Source: a virus (lineage: Duplodnaviria > Caudoviricetes). Taken from it: a stretch of DNA of 64,000 nucleotides. Position numbers and translations under genes: made by a program. The notes under the pieces are model-generated. The model searched no databases, had not been told where the DNA came from, and worked only from the letters and a program-made list of their open reading frames with translations. Within the stretch, counting starts at the first letter, position 1, and each line of letters starts with the position of its first letter. The DNA lies in IMG/VR virus record IMGVR_UViG_3300033072_000723, positions 6,259-70,258 of that record. The stretch is one strand, 5' to 3'. This document shows positions 55,515-62,957 of the stretch, piece by piece.

Positions 55515-55820
55515 ATGGCAAAGCTTGAGGGCACAGTTGACGGGGTTAAGCACAGTCAGTCGGTCGTGCTGAACGGGCAGCGTCTTGTGCTCGGCGTTAT
55601 CGCAATCGGCCTGTCTCTGATCGTGTTTGGCTTCGGCATTCTGTACCAAGGCCAGGGCTCAGTTGAAACGAAGCTCAACAGCCGCATGGATCGCATTGAA
55701 AATGTGGTCAATGGGCTGCCGGATAGATTGCTGGCGATCGCTATAGCGATCAGCGGGAGACGCCAAGCGTCCGAGACGCCCGCCCCAGCAGATCAGCCTC
55801 CAAAAGCACCCGCGAACTAG
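55515..55820 (+). CDS. Single-TM membrane protein
   Basis: LVLGVIAIGLSLIVFGFGIL followed by a coiled coil. Confidence 0.55.
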   Translation: MAKLEGTVDGVKHSQSVVLNGQRLVLGVIAIGLSLIVFGFGILYQGQGSVETKLNSRMDRIENVVNGLPDRLLAIAIAISGRRQASETPAPADQPPKAPAN

Positions 55821-55824
55821 CCAG

Positions 55825-56019
55825 TCAGCGCCGCGACTTCTTCGGTTTTTTCTGAGTATCGACCCGTTCCTGTAGTGCCGCTTTCAGCGCATCGATCTGG
55901 GCATTCATCTTGGCCAGGTATCTTTCCATGGCCGTGCGCTCGATGAGCAGGTTGGTGATTTCGTCAGCAAGCTTTTGCTGCGCCCGGTTCTTGGGCGTCC
56001 ATACTTTGAGTTTAGTCAT
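55825..56019 (-). CDS. Hypothetical coiled-coil protein
   Basis: MTKLKVWTPK..; RBS AGGAG. Confidence 0.5.
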   Translation of the reverse strand: MTKLKVWTPKNRAQQKLADEITNLLIERTAMERYLAKMNAQIDALKAALQERVDTQKKPKKSRR

Positions 56020-56953
56020 TGTTGAACATCTCCTGTTGGACTTCCTCCGCGTCGATCCGGGCACGCGCCATGGCGGCGTAGTCCGGGTTTAGCTCGATCA
56101 GGGTGGCGGCCCTACCTTCCTGCTTGGCCACGAGGCCGGTGGTTCCCGCTCCGCCGAACGGGTCCAGGACATAGCCGCCCTTGGGCGAGCCGGCGAGGAT
56201 GCACGGGCGGATAAGCTCGGGCGGGAAGGTGGCGAAGTGGGCGCCTTGGAAGGGACGGGTGGGCACGGTCCAGACGGATCGGCGGTTTCGGGTTTCACAA
56301 AGAACTTCGCCTCGTTTGGCGTCGAGCTTTCCTTGCGGCGTCTGTCCTGGCGGGGTTGCTCGGACGGATGCGTTTTGGCGGTAGTTTGCTGGGTTAGCCG
56401 GTTCCGCGATGGCCTTGTTGTCGAAGTAGTAGCGCTCGGACTTGGTCAGCAGGAACAGGTACTCGTGGGCCTTGGTGCAGCGGTCTGTGACGCTCTCGGG
56501 CATGGGATTGGGCTTGTGCCAGATAATGTCCTGGCGGAGATACCAGCCGTCGGCCTGGAGTGCGAAGGCCACGCGCCAGGGGATGCCGATGAGGTCTTTC
56601 GGTTTGAGTCCGAGCGGCGGCTTAGTGCTGCTGCGTTTTTCTTGCGCCTGGACATTGGAGCGTCCCTGGCGCTGGCTGGTGGCGCCTTGTTCCCCCCTGC
56701 CGCCGGCCTGGGCATAGCTGTCACCGAGGTTGAGCCAGAGCGTGCCGTCATCGCGCAGCACACGGCGGACTTCGCGGAACACCTCGACCATGGCGGCCAC
56801 GTATTCGGCGGGGGTCTGCTCCAGACCAAGCTGGGCCGGATTGCCGTAGTCGCGCAGGCCGAAGTACGGCGGGCTAGTCACGCAGGTGTGGAAGTGGTTG
56901 TCGGGCAGCGTCGGCAGGACCTGTCTGGTATCGCCAATGAGGATGTCGATCAC
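56012..56953 (-). CDS. DNA methyltransferase, N4-C/N6-A (beta class)
   Basis: Motif IV TSPPY, then IIWHKPNPMPES, HFATFP, and motif I VLDPFGGAGTT; GTG start coupled to the upstream stop. Confidence 0.9.
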   Translation of the reverse strand: MIDILIGDTRQVLPTLPDNHFHTCVTSPPYFGLRDYGNPAQLGLEQTPAEYVAAMVEVFREVRRVLRDDGTLWLNLGDSYAQAGGRGEQGATSQRQGRSNVQAQEKRSSTKPPLGLKPKDLIGIPWRVAFALQADGWYLRQDIIWHKPNPMPESVTDRCTKAHEYLFLLTKSERYYFDNKAIAEPANPANYRQNASVRATPPGQTPQGKLDAKRGEVLCETRNRRSVWTVPTRPFQGAHFATFPPELIRPCILAGSPKGGYVLDPFGGAGTTGLVAKQEGRAATLIELNPDYAAMARARIDAEEVQQEMFNND

Positions 56954-57171
56954 TCGGCGGCTCCGGGGCTGTCGAAGGGTATCCACTGGGCCTTCGTGCC
57001 AGGGTCGCCGTCCCAGTACCAGACGCCAGCGAGCCTGGGGTGTGCCATGGATGTGAGCGCCACGCCATCGCCGGATGCCAGGGTTTTTACGGGCATGATG
57101 CTGCTGACCCGCACGATCGCCGGGGCGGCCAGGATGCCCGCTGCGCCCAGGAGGAAGCTGCGGCGGTTCAT
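56950..57171 (-). CDS. Small protein with twin-arginine (Tat-like) N-terminus
   Basis: MNRRSFLLGAAGILAAPAIVRVSSIMPV. Confidence 0.65.
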   Translation of the reverse strand: MNRRSFLLGAAGILAAPAIVRVSSIMPVKTLASGDGVALTSMAHPRLAGVWYWDGDPGTKAQWIPFDSPGAAE

Positions 57172-57421
57172 GGCTTTGCCGATGGGGCGGCGTCGTACAT
57201 GGCTCGCCATCCGGTGCGCACCATGCATTGTCCGTGTTCATCGCAGTGGCGGTCGAAGGCCCCGGTCATGTCATCGTTTGGCTCGCGCGGCACCAGCTTC
57301 CAGCCCTTGGCCTCGGCTGCTGCGAGGGCGGCGCGGATGGCGCGCAGCAGGTCAGGCGAGGTTTCCTCCCACCCGGCCGCGCCATCGCCTCGATCACGTC
57401 GTCTGGTATTTTGTTGGTCAT
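57168..57421 (-). pseudogene. Hypothetical gene with an apparent 1-nt deletion
   Basis: ATGA overlaps at both ends but spans 254 nt; adding one G near 57375-57378 restores MTNKIPDDVIEAMARAGWEE..WKLVPREP..YDAAPSAKP. Confidence 0.6.
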
Positions 57422-57648
57422 GACTTTGGCCCCCTGGCTTTCAGCATGGCGTCGGCGTAGCCATACGAAAAATCCGCCGCTTGCTGTCCCGCCGTGACAT
57501 CGTCGTGTGGGATTGTGTCGCCCAGACCGCCGGCAAGTAGCCCCGCCAGCGCCTGCCCAGCGAACCAGTCGCGGAGCGTCATGCCGGTACAGTCGCTCTC
57601 GGTATACGGAAACGCCGGGCCTCCGTCGTATGGGCGCGGTATGCTCAT
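57418..57648 (-). CDS. Hypothetical phage protein
   Basis: GGPAFP..GMTLRDWFAGQALAG. Confidence 0.75.
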   Translation of the reverse strand: MSIPRPYDGGPAFPYTESDCTGMTLRDWFAGQALAGLLAGGLGDTIPHDDVTAGQQAADFSYGYADAMLKARGPKS

Positions 57649-57651
57649 GGC

Positions 57652-57999
57652 TCAGTCCTCGACGATCTCGGTGGTGCGCTTGGCGACGGGCCAGTCCTGT
57701 TCCCCCGGCTTAGTCCAACATTTCGGGTTGCGCGCAATGGCTTCTGAACTGGCTTGGTAAAAATAACCCTTATCCGTCAGTCGCCCCCACTCCACAATCG
57801 GCTCGGGCTTGGGGAGCATGAGGTCGGTGCAGCCAGTTATGCCGTGTGCATAACTGCCATCCGCTGTCCATCGTCCAATTTCGCCGCCAAAAATGCCGAC
57901 GACGGAGTATGTCCCCGGCGCATCCACGCATATGACCCGCGCCTCTCGCCCATCACGCGTCTTGTACACCTTGTCGAGCTCGAATTTGGTCTTGGTCAT
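57652..57999 (-). CDS. Hypothetical phage protein
   Basis: YKTRDGREARVICVD..WTADG..DLML. Confidence 0.7.
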   Translation of the reverse strand: MTKTKFELDKVYKTRDGREARVICVDAPGTYSVVGIFGGEIGRWTADGSYAHGITGCTDLMLPKPEPIVEWGRLTDKGYFYQASSEAIARNPKCWTKPGEQDWPVAKRTTEIVED

Positions 58000-58036
58000 T
58001 GACCGGCTCCTCCCATTGAGATATCGTGCATGTTAC

Positions 58037-58351
58037 ATGAAGCAACGCCGAAAATCAACACCGGAATTGACCGCGAAGCGCAGGGCCGTGGCCAAGCGGG
58101 TGTTCCCGCCCGGACCGGACCATCCGGCGGCCAAGTACGACGCGGACAAGCGCGAGCTGATCGTGGCGATGTTCCGGGACTTCGTGCCGGTGAAGGAAAT
58201 CCAGGCGATGACGGGCGCCAGCCGCGACACGATTACGCGGTATTGCCGGATGGCGGGCCTGCCCAAGAGGCGCAAGCCCGCGCGCTATGACCCGGCAAGG
58301 TTCAAGGAAGGCTGGCAGATGGTGGACGGGAAGCCGAAATTTGTTGGGTAG
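58037..58351 (+). CDS. HTH DNA-binding protein (putative)
   Basis: PVKEIQAMTGASRDTITRYCR helix-turn-helix pattern; basic. Confidence 0.6.
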   Translation: MKQRRKSTPELTAKRRAVAKRVFPPGPDHPAAKYDADKRELIVAMFRDFVPVKEIQAMTGASRDTITRYCRMAGLPKRRKPARYDPARFKEGWQMVDGKPKFVG

Positions 58352-58747
58352 CTAGTACCAGGCGTCCTCGCCGCCGAGGTTGCGAAGTTCGGCGTAGATT
58401 TTTTGCAGCTCCGATTTGTTTTCTTCGGACACACGCAGGGCGTGGATTTCCATGTAGACAGGGGACCAGCTGCGCATGGCCTGGATCGTGCGCGAGCGAA
58501 TGCGATCGACCCTGCGCTGCCGCTCTTCCTGTTCCCGGGCCTGCTTGCGCAGGAGCTTTATGGCCGGGTCGATGCTTTCCACGCCTCCTAGCCTGCCGCC
58601 GTATCTGTTCTCTGGTGCCGGGATAGCCGTGGAGTCAACTGACGGGGCCACCATATCGGCCAGGCGGTTTTCGGCCTGCTTGACCAGGGCGGGAGCCGCA
58701 GCGGCGCCGATGGCCGCGCGACCCAGAAAAAAACGACGGCCGATCAT
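58352..58747 (-). CDS. Protein with twin-arginine (Tat-like) N-terminus
   Basis: MIGRRFFLGRAAIGAAAAPALV. Confidence 0.6.
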   Translation of the reverse strand: MIGRRFFLGRAAIGAAAAPALVKQAENRLADMVAPSVDSTAIPAPENRYGGRLGGVESIDPAIKLLRKQAREQEERQRRVDRIRSRTIQAMRSWSPVYMEIHALRVSEENKSELQKIYAELRNLGGEDAWY

Positions 58748-58944
58748 CGGTTGCGAAACTCCTCTTTGTTCTTAATCCGCCAGTAGGCGAAGCGGATGGC
58801 CTCACAGCTGAAGTAGTCCACGTATCCTTGTGAGAATGTGTCGTTAGCCCATCCAGCGGCGTCGCACGGCGGCTTATGGTTGGCGTCCAGGTATTCCATG
58901 TAGCCTCGCACCGCGTCGTCGATCATCTGCTCGCGGGTCATCAT
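58744..58944 (-). CDS. Hypothetical protein
   Basis: ATGA coupling at both ends. Confidence 0.5.
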   Translation of the reverse strand: MMTREQMIDDAVRGYMEYLDANHKPPCDAAGWANDTFSQGYVDYFSCEAIRFAYWRIKNKEEFRNR

Positions 58945-59111
58945 GGCAGCAGCCTGTCCAGAAACACCTTGAACGTTAATACGGACAGCGCCGCCCATAG
59001 CAACGTTAGCGCGATAAAGCCGTTGTGTCGGCGCTCAAGATACATCGCCACGCAGAACCCGGCGGCCATCGCCTGGATCGTGAACATGGCGGCGAAAAAT
59101 CCTGGGCTCAC
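58941..59111 (-). CDS. Small 2-TM membrane protein
   Basis: GTG with GGAGG RBS; two hydrophobic helices. Confidence 0.5.
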   Translation of the reverse strand: MSPGFFAAMFTIQAMAAGFCVAMYLERRHNGFIALTLLWAALSVLTFKVFLDRLLP

Positions 59112-59235
59112 TTCTTCCTCCTTTTGCCGGCTTGTTTCCCTTGCGGGGTCAGTGCCGCACCCGCGCATCCGCGTGCAGGGAAACTGGGTATGCTCCGTCA
59201 GCCGGCGTGACGGCTGAAAGGTTGCGCGGGTAGCT

Positions 59236-59421
59236 CTATTTCTTGCTCGTCCACCATTCCCACGCCAGCATGGGCCAGAACAGCAGCCCGAATGCCAGCG
59301 CCATCCACACGTCGATCTTCTCGACCTTGCCGTCCTGCCGCCAGCCGAGCAGCAAGATCATCCCGGTGCCGGTGGCCCAGAGCAAGGGGATGGAAATGAT
59401 GGCGGCGTAGATCGCGTTCAT
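59236..59421 (-). CDS. Small 2-TM membrane protein
   Basis: MNAIYAAIISIPLLW..LAFGLLFWPMLAW. Confidence 0.55.
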   Translation of the reverse strand: MNAIYAAIISIPLLWATGTGMILLLGWRQDGKVEKIDVWMALAFGLLFWPMLAWEWWTSKK

Positions 59422-59603
59422 AGGCGGAAGGCTGCAAGAACGGCGGACAGCACGCCAAACAGGCACGCTGCCGCCAGAAACGCCCGCGTTATCCACGGGT
59501 CTACGGCATCGTGCCCCTCTGATGCGCGCACCATCATGGCCAGGAAGAGCAGCAGGCAAGCGCCGCCGGCAGCAATGGCGGCATTCATCGCTCCGGGGGT
59601 CAT
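59418..59603 (-). CDS. Small 2-TM membrane protein
   Basis: Two hydrophobic helices, coupled. Confidence 0.5.
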   Translation of the reverse strand: MTPGAMNAAIAAGGACLLLFLAMMVRASEGHDAVDPWITRAFLAAACLFGVLSAVLAAFRL

Positions 59604-59716
59604 CGCTTGTACCCCTCCAGCCAGCCCATGAAGTCAGCGAACACGCTGGCCGCGATCACAATCACTGCGGTCACGATGATGAAGGCGGCAAGATCGGCAG
59701 GTCCCTGGTCGCTCAT
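59600..59716 (-). CDS. 38-aa membrane peptide
   Basis: RBS GGGAG; MSDQGPADLAAFIIVTAVIVIAASVF. Confidence 0.55.
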   Translation of the reverse strand: MSDQGPADLAAFIIVTAVIVIAASVFADFMGWLEGYKR

Positions 59717-59742
59717 CGCGTGTCTCCCTTTGTTGCTGACTG

Positions 59743-59794
59743 ACCGTAGCACACGAAGATAGTCGTTGCAAGTTGAGACGCAAGGTGCCAGTAT
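59743..59794. promoter_or_regulatory. Divergent promoters sharing a palindromic -35
   Basis: TTGCAA (59766-59771), 17 bp to CAGTAT on plus and 17 bp to TG-C-TACGGT on minus; lies inside GTTGCAAGTTG (59765-59775). Confidence 0.55.
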
Positions 59795-59800
59795 GCCGAT

Positions 59801-59919
59801 GGCTGCGGCGGCGTGGAAGGACACGCAAAGCTCAGTTGGTGCGGCGCGTTCCGGGCGACCGTACAGCATAGCGCCTACGGAAGTTTGAGGCAGCCGGTAC
59901 TCAAGCCCGGCCCGCAGCC
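59801..59919 (+). ncRNA. tRNA-shaped ncRNA with an elongated anticodon arm
   Basis: 8-bp acceptor GGCTGCGG/CCGCAGCC, D-like arm GCGTG-GAAGGA-CACGC, long interrupted arm (CTCAG/TTGAG, TTCCG/CGGAA, GGCG/CGCC), T-like arm GCCGG/CCGGC; 5' end at predicted +1. Confidence 0.65.
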
Positions 59920-59936
59920 GATTGGTGGAGGACGCC

Positions 59937-60704
59937 ATGATTGCCGATGTCTGCCTCGTCTTATTGCTAGACAGCAGTTCCGCCATCAGCGCCGCTGACT
60001 GGCAGCTGCAGGCCGCAGCCACGTCCGCTGCCCTCCGGCATCCGGATGTGGTGGGGCGGATGACCAGCGGGCCTAACGGCAAGACGGCCGTCTACGTGGC
60101 TGAGTGGTCCAATGCCGTGGCCTTCATGTCGCCGTGGACGGTGATCGCCGGTCCGGCTGACGCGGACAGGGCAGCCGGGGCTATCGACAAACACTGGCGC
60201 TACGGGCACGGGACGGCTGACCTACGCCATGCGCTCGGTGCCGCCAAGGATGGCATGCTGGCCGCCAAGACGCTGGGTATCGAGTGCGAGAGCACGGTGG
60301 TGGACGTGTCCGGTGGCGGGGATAGCGGGGTAAGCGGCGACGCCTACGAGGAAATTGCCGCACTGACTGAGAAGGGCGCGCAGGTTAACGCCATCGTGGT
60401 GGGTGGCGAAGTCGCGATCCGGGATTTCTATCGCGACACGGTGCCGGGGTTTGTGGCCTGGGCGACCTGGGATACCTACGCCCAAGCGATCCGGGCCAAG
60501 ATCATGACCGAGATCGGCAAGTTCGCCGAGGCTCCGGTGGGGGCCCAAGAGATCGCGTATATTCCGGTCTACGGAGCGACGCGCTGGGGTTTCCAGGAGT
60601 TGCCGGCTTGGCAAGAGGCGGCATATCAGACAAGCGTGCCAGCGCCTGACATGGCGTGGCTGGGCGTGCTCGGGTTTGGGTATCTGGCATGGAGGAAGAT
60701 GTGA
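59937..60704 (+). CDS. DUF1194/vWA-like protein with PEP-CTERM-like tail
   Basis: LVLLLDSSSAIS..WQLQ..HPDV..AVYVAEWS..VVDVSGGG..QVNAIVV; C-terminal SVPAPDMAWLGVLGFGYLAWRKM. Confidence 0.7.
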   Translation: MIADVCLVLLLDSSSAISAADWQLQAAATSAALRHPDVVGRMTSGPNGKTAVYVAEWSNAVAFMSPWTVIAGPADADRAAGAIDKHWRYGHGTADLRHALGAAKDGMLAAKTLGIECESTVVDVSGGGDSGVSGDAYEEIAALTEKGAQVNAIVVGGEVAIRDFYRDTVPGFVAWATWDTYAQAIRAKIMTEIGKFAEAPVGAQEIAYIPVYGATRWGFQELPAWQEAAYQTSVPAPDMAWLGVLGFGYLAWRKM

Positions 60705-61024
60705 TCGAATGGTTCGTTAACAAGGGTCGCAACGGCGAGCCCCAGCTGATGCGGAACGAGAACGAGGCCCTGACGCACGAGGCTGATCTGGCGATCGCCC
60801 TGGTGCGCGGGTTTGGGCTTGTGGCCTGCTTGCCGGTGGAGGAAACCAACAAGGACGGGTCCCAGAAGCATCGCGTGCTCACGCCGGAAGAGACGGTAAC
60901 GCGGGCGTGCCAGATCGCGCGGTTGACCTTCGACAACCTGCGCGCCATGGGTTGGATCGTGGAAGGGCCGTCGATTTACGATGTCTATGGGAAGGACAAG
61001 GGCGATGAAAAGAAAGCCGACTGA
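60701..61024 (+). CDS. Hypothetical protein
   Basis: GTGA overlap, RBS GGAGG. Confidence 0.6.
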   Translation: MIEWFVNKGRNGEPQLMRNENEALTHEADLAIALVRGFGLVACLPVEETNKDGSQKHRVLTPEETVTRACQIARLTFDNLRAMGWIVEGPSIYDVYGKDKGDEKKAD

Positions 61025-61265
61025 GATCGATGCGGGCGAGGCGGCCATCGTAACGACTGACGGCAGGAAGGGCTGGGCGCTGCTGCTTCCCGACCCGTCT
61101 TCTGGTGTCGTCGATCCGAAGGAGAATGTGCCGGTGTCCGTGCGACTGTTGACCGCGTGCATGATGCGCGCGGATGACGACGAGTGGGTGAACGAGATGC
61201 TGCGCTGGCTGGACGAAACGATTGGCGACGAACTGGAAGAAGCCGAGACGGCGGGGAATGCGTGA
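61005..61265 (+). CDS. Hypothetical protein
   Basis: Coupled to the exonuclease start. Confidence 0.55.
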   Translation: MKRKPTEIDAGEAAIVTTDGRKGWALLLPDPSSGVVDPKENVPVSVRLLTACMMRADDDEWVNEMLRWLDETIGDELEEAETAGNA

Positions 61266-61816
61266 TGGAAGAAGTATACGTTTCTGTTGATGTGGAAACT
61301 GACGGCCCTATTCCGGGCCAGAACTCGCTGTTGTCGATCGGCGCTGCTGCGCTGGTTGGAGACAAATGGGAGACGTTTTCGGTAAACCTTGTCGAGGCTG
61401 ACGGCGCCTGCCAGGACGAGCAGACGATGCGCGAGTTTTGGGCGAAGCATCCCGAAGCTTACGAGGCAACGCGCCAGGATGCTCTGGCTCCTGTCGTGGC
61501 AATGACACAGTTTGCCGAATGGCTGCGCGGTCTGCCGGGGAAGCCCGTATTTGTCGGGTATCCGGTGGCGTTCGACTTCATGTTCACGCACTGGTATTTC
61601 ATCCGGTATCGTGGGCATGATCCGTTCGGGCTATCTGGCCTAGATATCAAGACCATGGCGATGGCGCTGCTGAAGACGCCGTTCCGTGGGACGACGAAGC
61701 GCGTGATGCCGAAGCACTGGTTTTCCGATGATCCGCACACACACATTGCGGTGGATGACGCGCTGGAACAGGGCAAGCTGTTTCATAGCATCCTGGCTGA
61801 AACTCGAAGTCGCTAA
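61265..61816 (+). CDS. DEDDh 3'-5' exonuclease
   Basis: VSVDVETDG, FVGYPVAFDF, HTHIAVDDALEQ. Confidence 0.85.
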   Translation: MEEVYVSVDVETDGPIPGQNSLLSIGAAALVGDKWETFSVNLVEADGACQDEQTMREFWAKHPEAYEATRQDALAPVVAMTQFAEWLRGLPGKPVFVGYPVAFDFMFTHWYFIRYRGHDPFGLSGLDIKTMAMALLKTPFRGTTKRVMPKHWFSDDPHTHIAVDDALEQGKLFHSILAETRSR

Positions 61817-62217
61817 TGCCCAGCCAGCGGCAGATCATGCGGGCTGTGGCGGGGGCTGTTTACAATGCGCTCCACGCGCATCCGACTTGGAAAGTCCCGC
61901 CAGCGTTGCCGGGTTCGGTGGCGAAGCGGGCAGCGGGAACCATCTGCTCCCAGTGGGCGGATGGTTTGGCGGGCGTAACCGGCCCGTCAGCATCCGGCGG
62001 TTCCGGTCTCAGGCCGTCACGCCGGGAGGTCGGTCGGTTGCCGCTAGACGGCCGACCGAAGCGGGGAGCGTCTACAGCAATCAGGCGCTCCCCGTTACGA
62101 AAGCTGGTGCAGAAGCTTTCTCGGCCGTTGCGGAAGCTGAAGAAAGAAGACCCGGAGCGAGCCGCTGTCTATATCGACGTGCTGAAAATGATCGCGAAGA
62201 TCGAGGAGGAACGGTGA
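61816..62217 (+). CDS. Hypothetical basic protein
   Basis: TAATG coupling. Confidence 0.5.
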   Translation: MPSQRQIMRAVAGAVYNALHAHPTWKVPPALPGSVAKRAAGTICSQWADGLAGVTGPSASGGSGLRPSRREVGRLPLDGRPKRGASTAIRRSPLRKLVQKLSRPLRKLKKEDPERAAVYIDVLKMIAKIEEER

Positions 62218-62873
62218 AGACGATTGAGTACAGGACTGACGACAAGAGCGGCTGGCAGCCTGGGCCGTGGATGAACGAGCCGGACAAGAAGCAGTGGCAA
62301 GACCCGGAGACAGGATTGCCATGCCTGATCGTGCGCGGCCCCGTCGGGGCGTGGTGCGGCTATGTTGGTGTCGGGAAGGATCACCCGTGGTTCGGCAAGG
62401 ACTACACGAACCTGAGCCTGGAATGGGACGATCCGGAGCGACAGAAGACTCCGGAGGCGGTGATACGCGTGCATGGCGGCCTTACGTTTGCCGATGAATG
62501 CCACGCGCCATCGCCAGAGGGCTTCGAGCGCATGAAGAAGCGTGTTCAGGAAGCACGCGAGGACGCCAAGAAGCATCCGATTGGCGACAGCGCGCGGTGG
62601 CTTAAGACGTGGGAGCCGTTGCTTGGCGATTACAAGTCCTACGCCGAGCATGTCGAAGCGACCGCTATCTGCTACAAGACCGACGACGGCGATAAGGTCT
62701 GGTGGTTCGGCTTCGACACGTCGCACTTGGATGACTACGCTCCGGCCATGGATAGCGACGATTACCGCCTGATCATGCGCGGGCTATCCCGCGAACGCGG
62801 AACCTACCGAGATCAGGCGTATGTCGAGGCCGAGGTCACGTCGCTGGCCAAGCAGCTGGCGGCGGTGAAGTAA
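62214..62873 (+). CDS. Hypothetical phage protein
   Basis: GPWMNEPD..GAWCGYVGV..VHGGLTF..WWFGFDTSHLDD..YRDQAYVEAE. Confidence 0.75.
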   Translation: MKTIEYRTDDKSGWQPGPWMNEPDKKQWQDPETGLPCLIVRGPVGAWCGYVGVGKDHPWFGKDYTNLSLEWDDPERQKTPEAVIRVHGGLTFADECHAPSPEGFERMKKRVQEAREDAKKHPIGDSARWLKTWEPLLGDYKSYAEHVEATAICYKTDDGDKVWWFGFDTSHLDDYAPAMDSDDYRLIMRGLSRERGTYRDQAYVEAEVTSLAKQLAAVK

Positions 62874-62879
62874 GACAAT

Positions 62880-62955
62880 GCCGGCGGAGCATATCTGGTC
62901 ATGCGCCTGATTTGTAATCAGGAGACAGCGGGTTCAAATCCTGTCGCCGGCACCA
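62880..62955 (+). tRNA. tRNA-Thr (TGT) with encoded CCA
   Basis: Acceptor GCCGGCG/CGCCGGC, anticodon arm CCTGA-TTTGTAA-TCAGG, T loop TTCAAAT, ACCA end; G at position 8. Confidence 0.92.
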
Positions 62956-62957
62956 AC

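Noticed and set aside
62880-62955. tRNA-Thr as an attachment site or prophage boundary
   Set aside because: No integrase, no duplicated tRNA 3' end in the window, and phage genes on both sides
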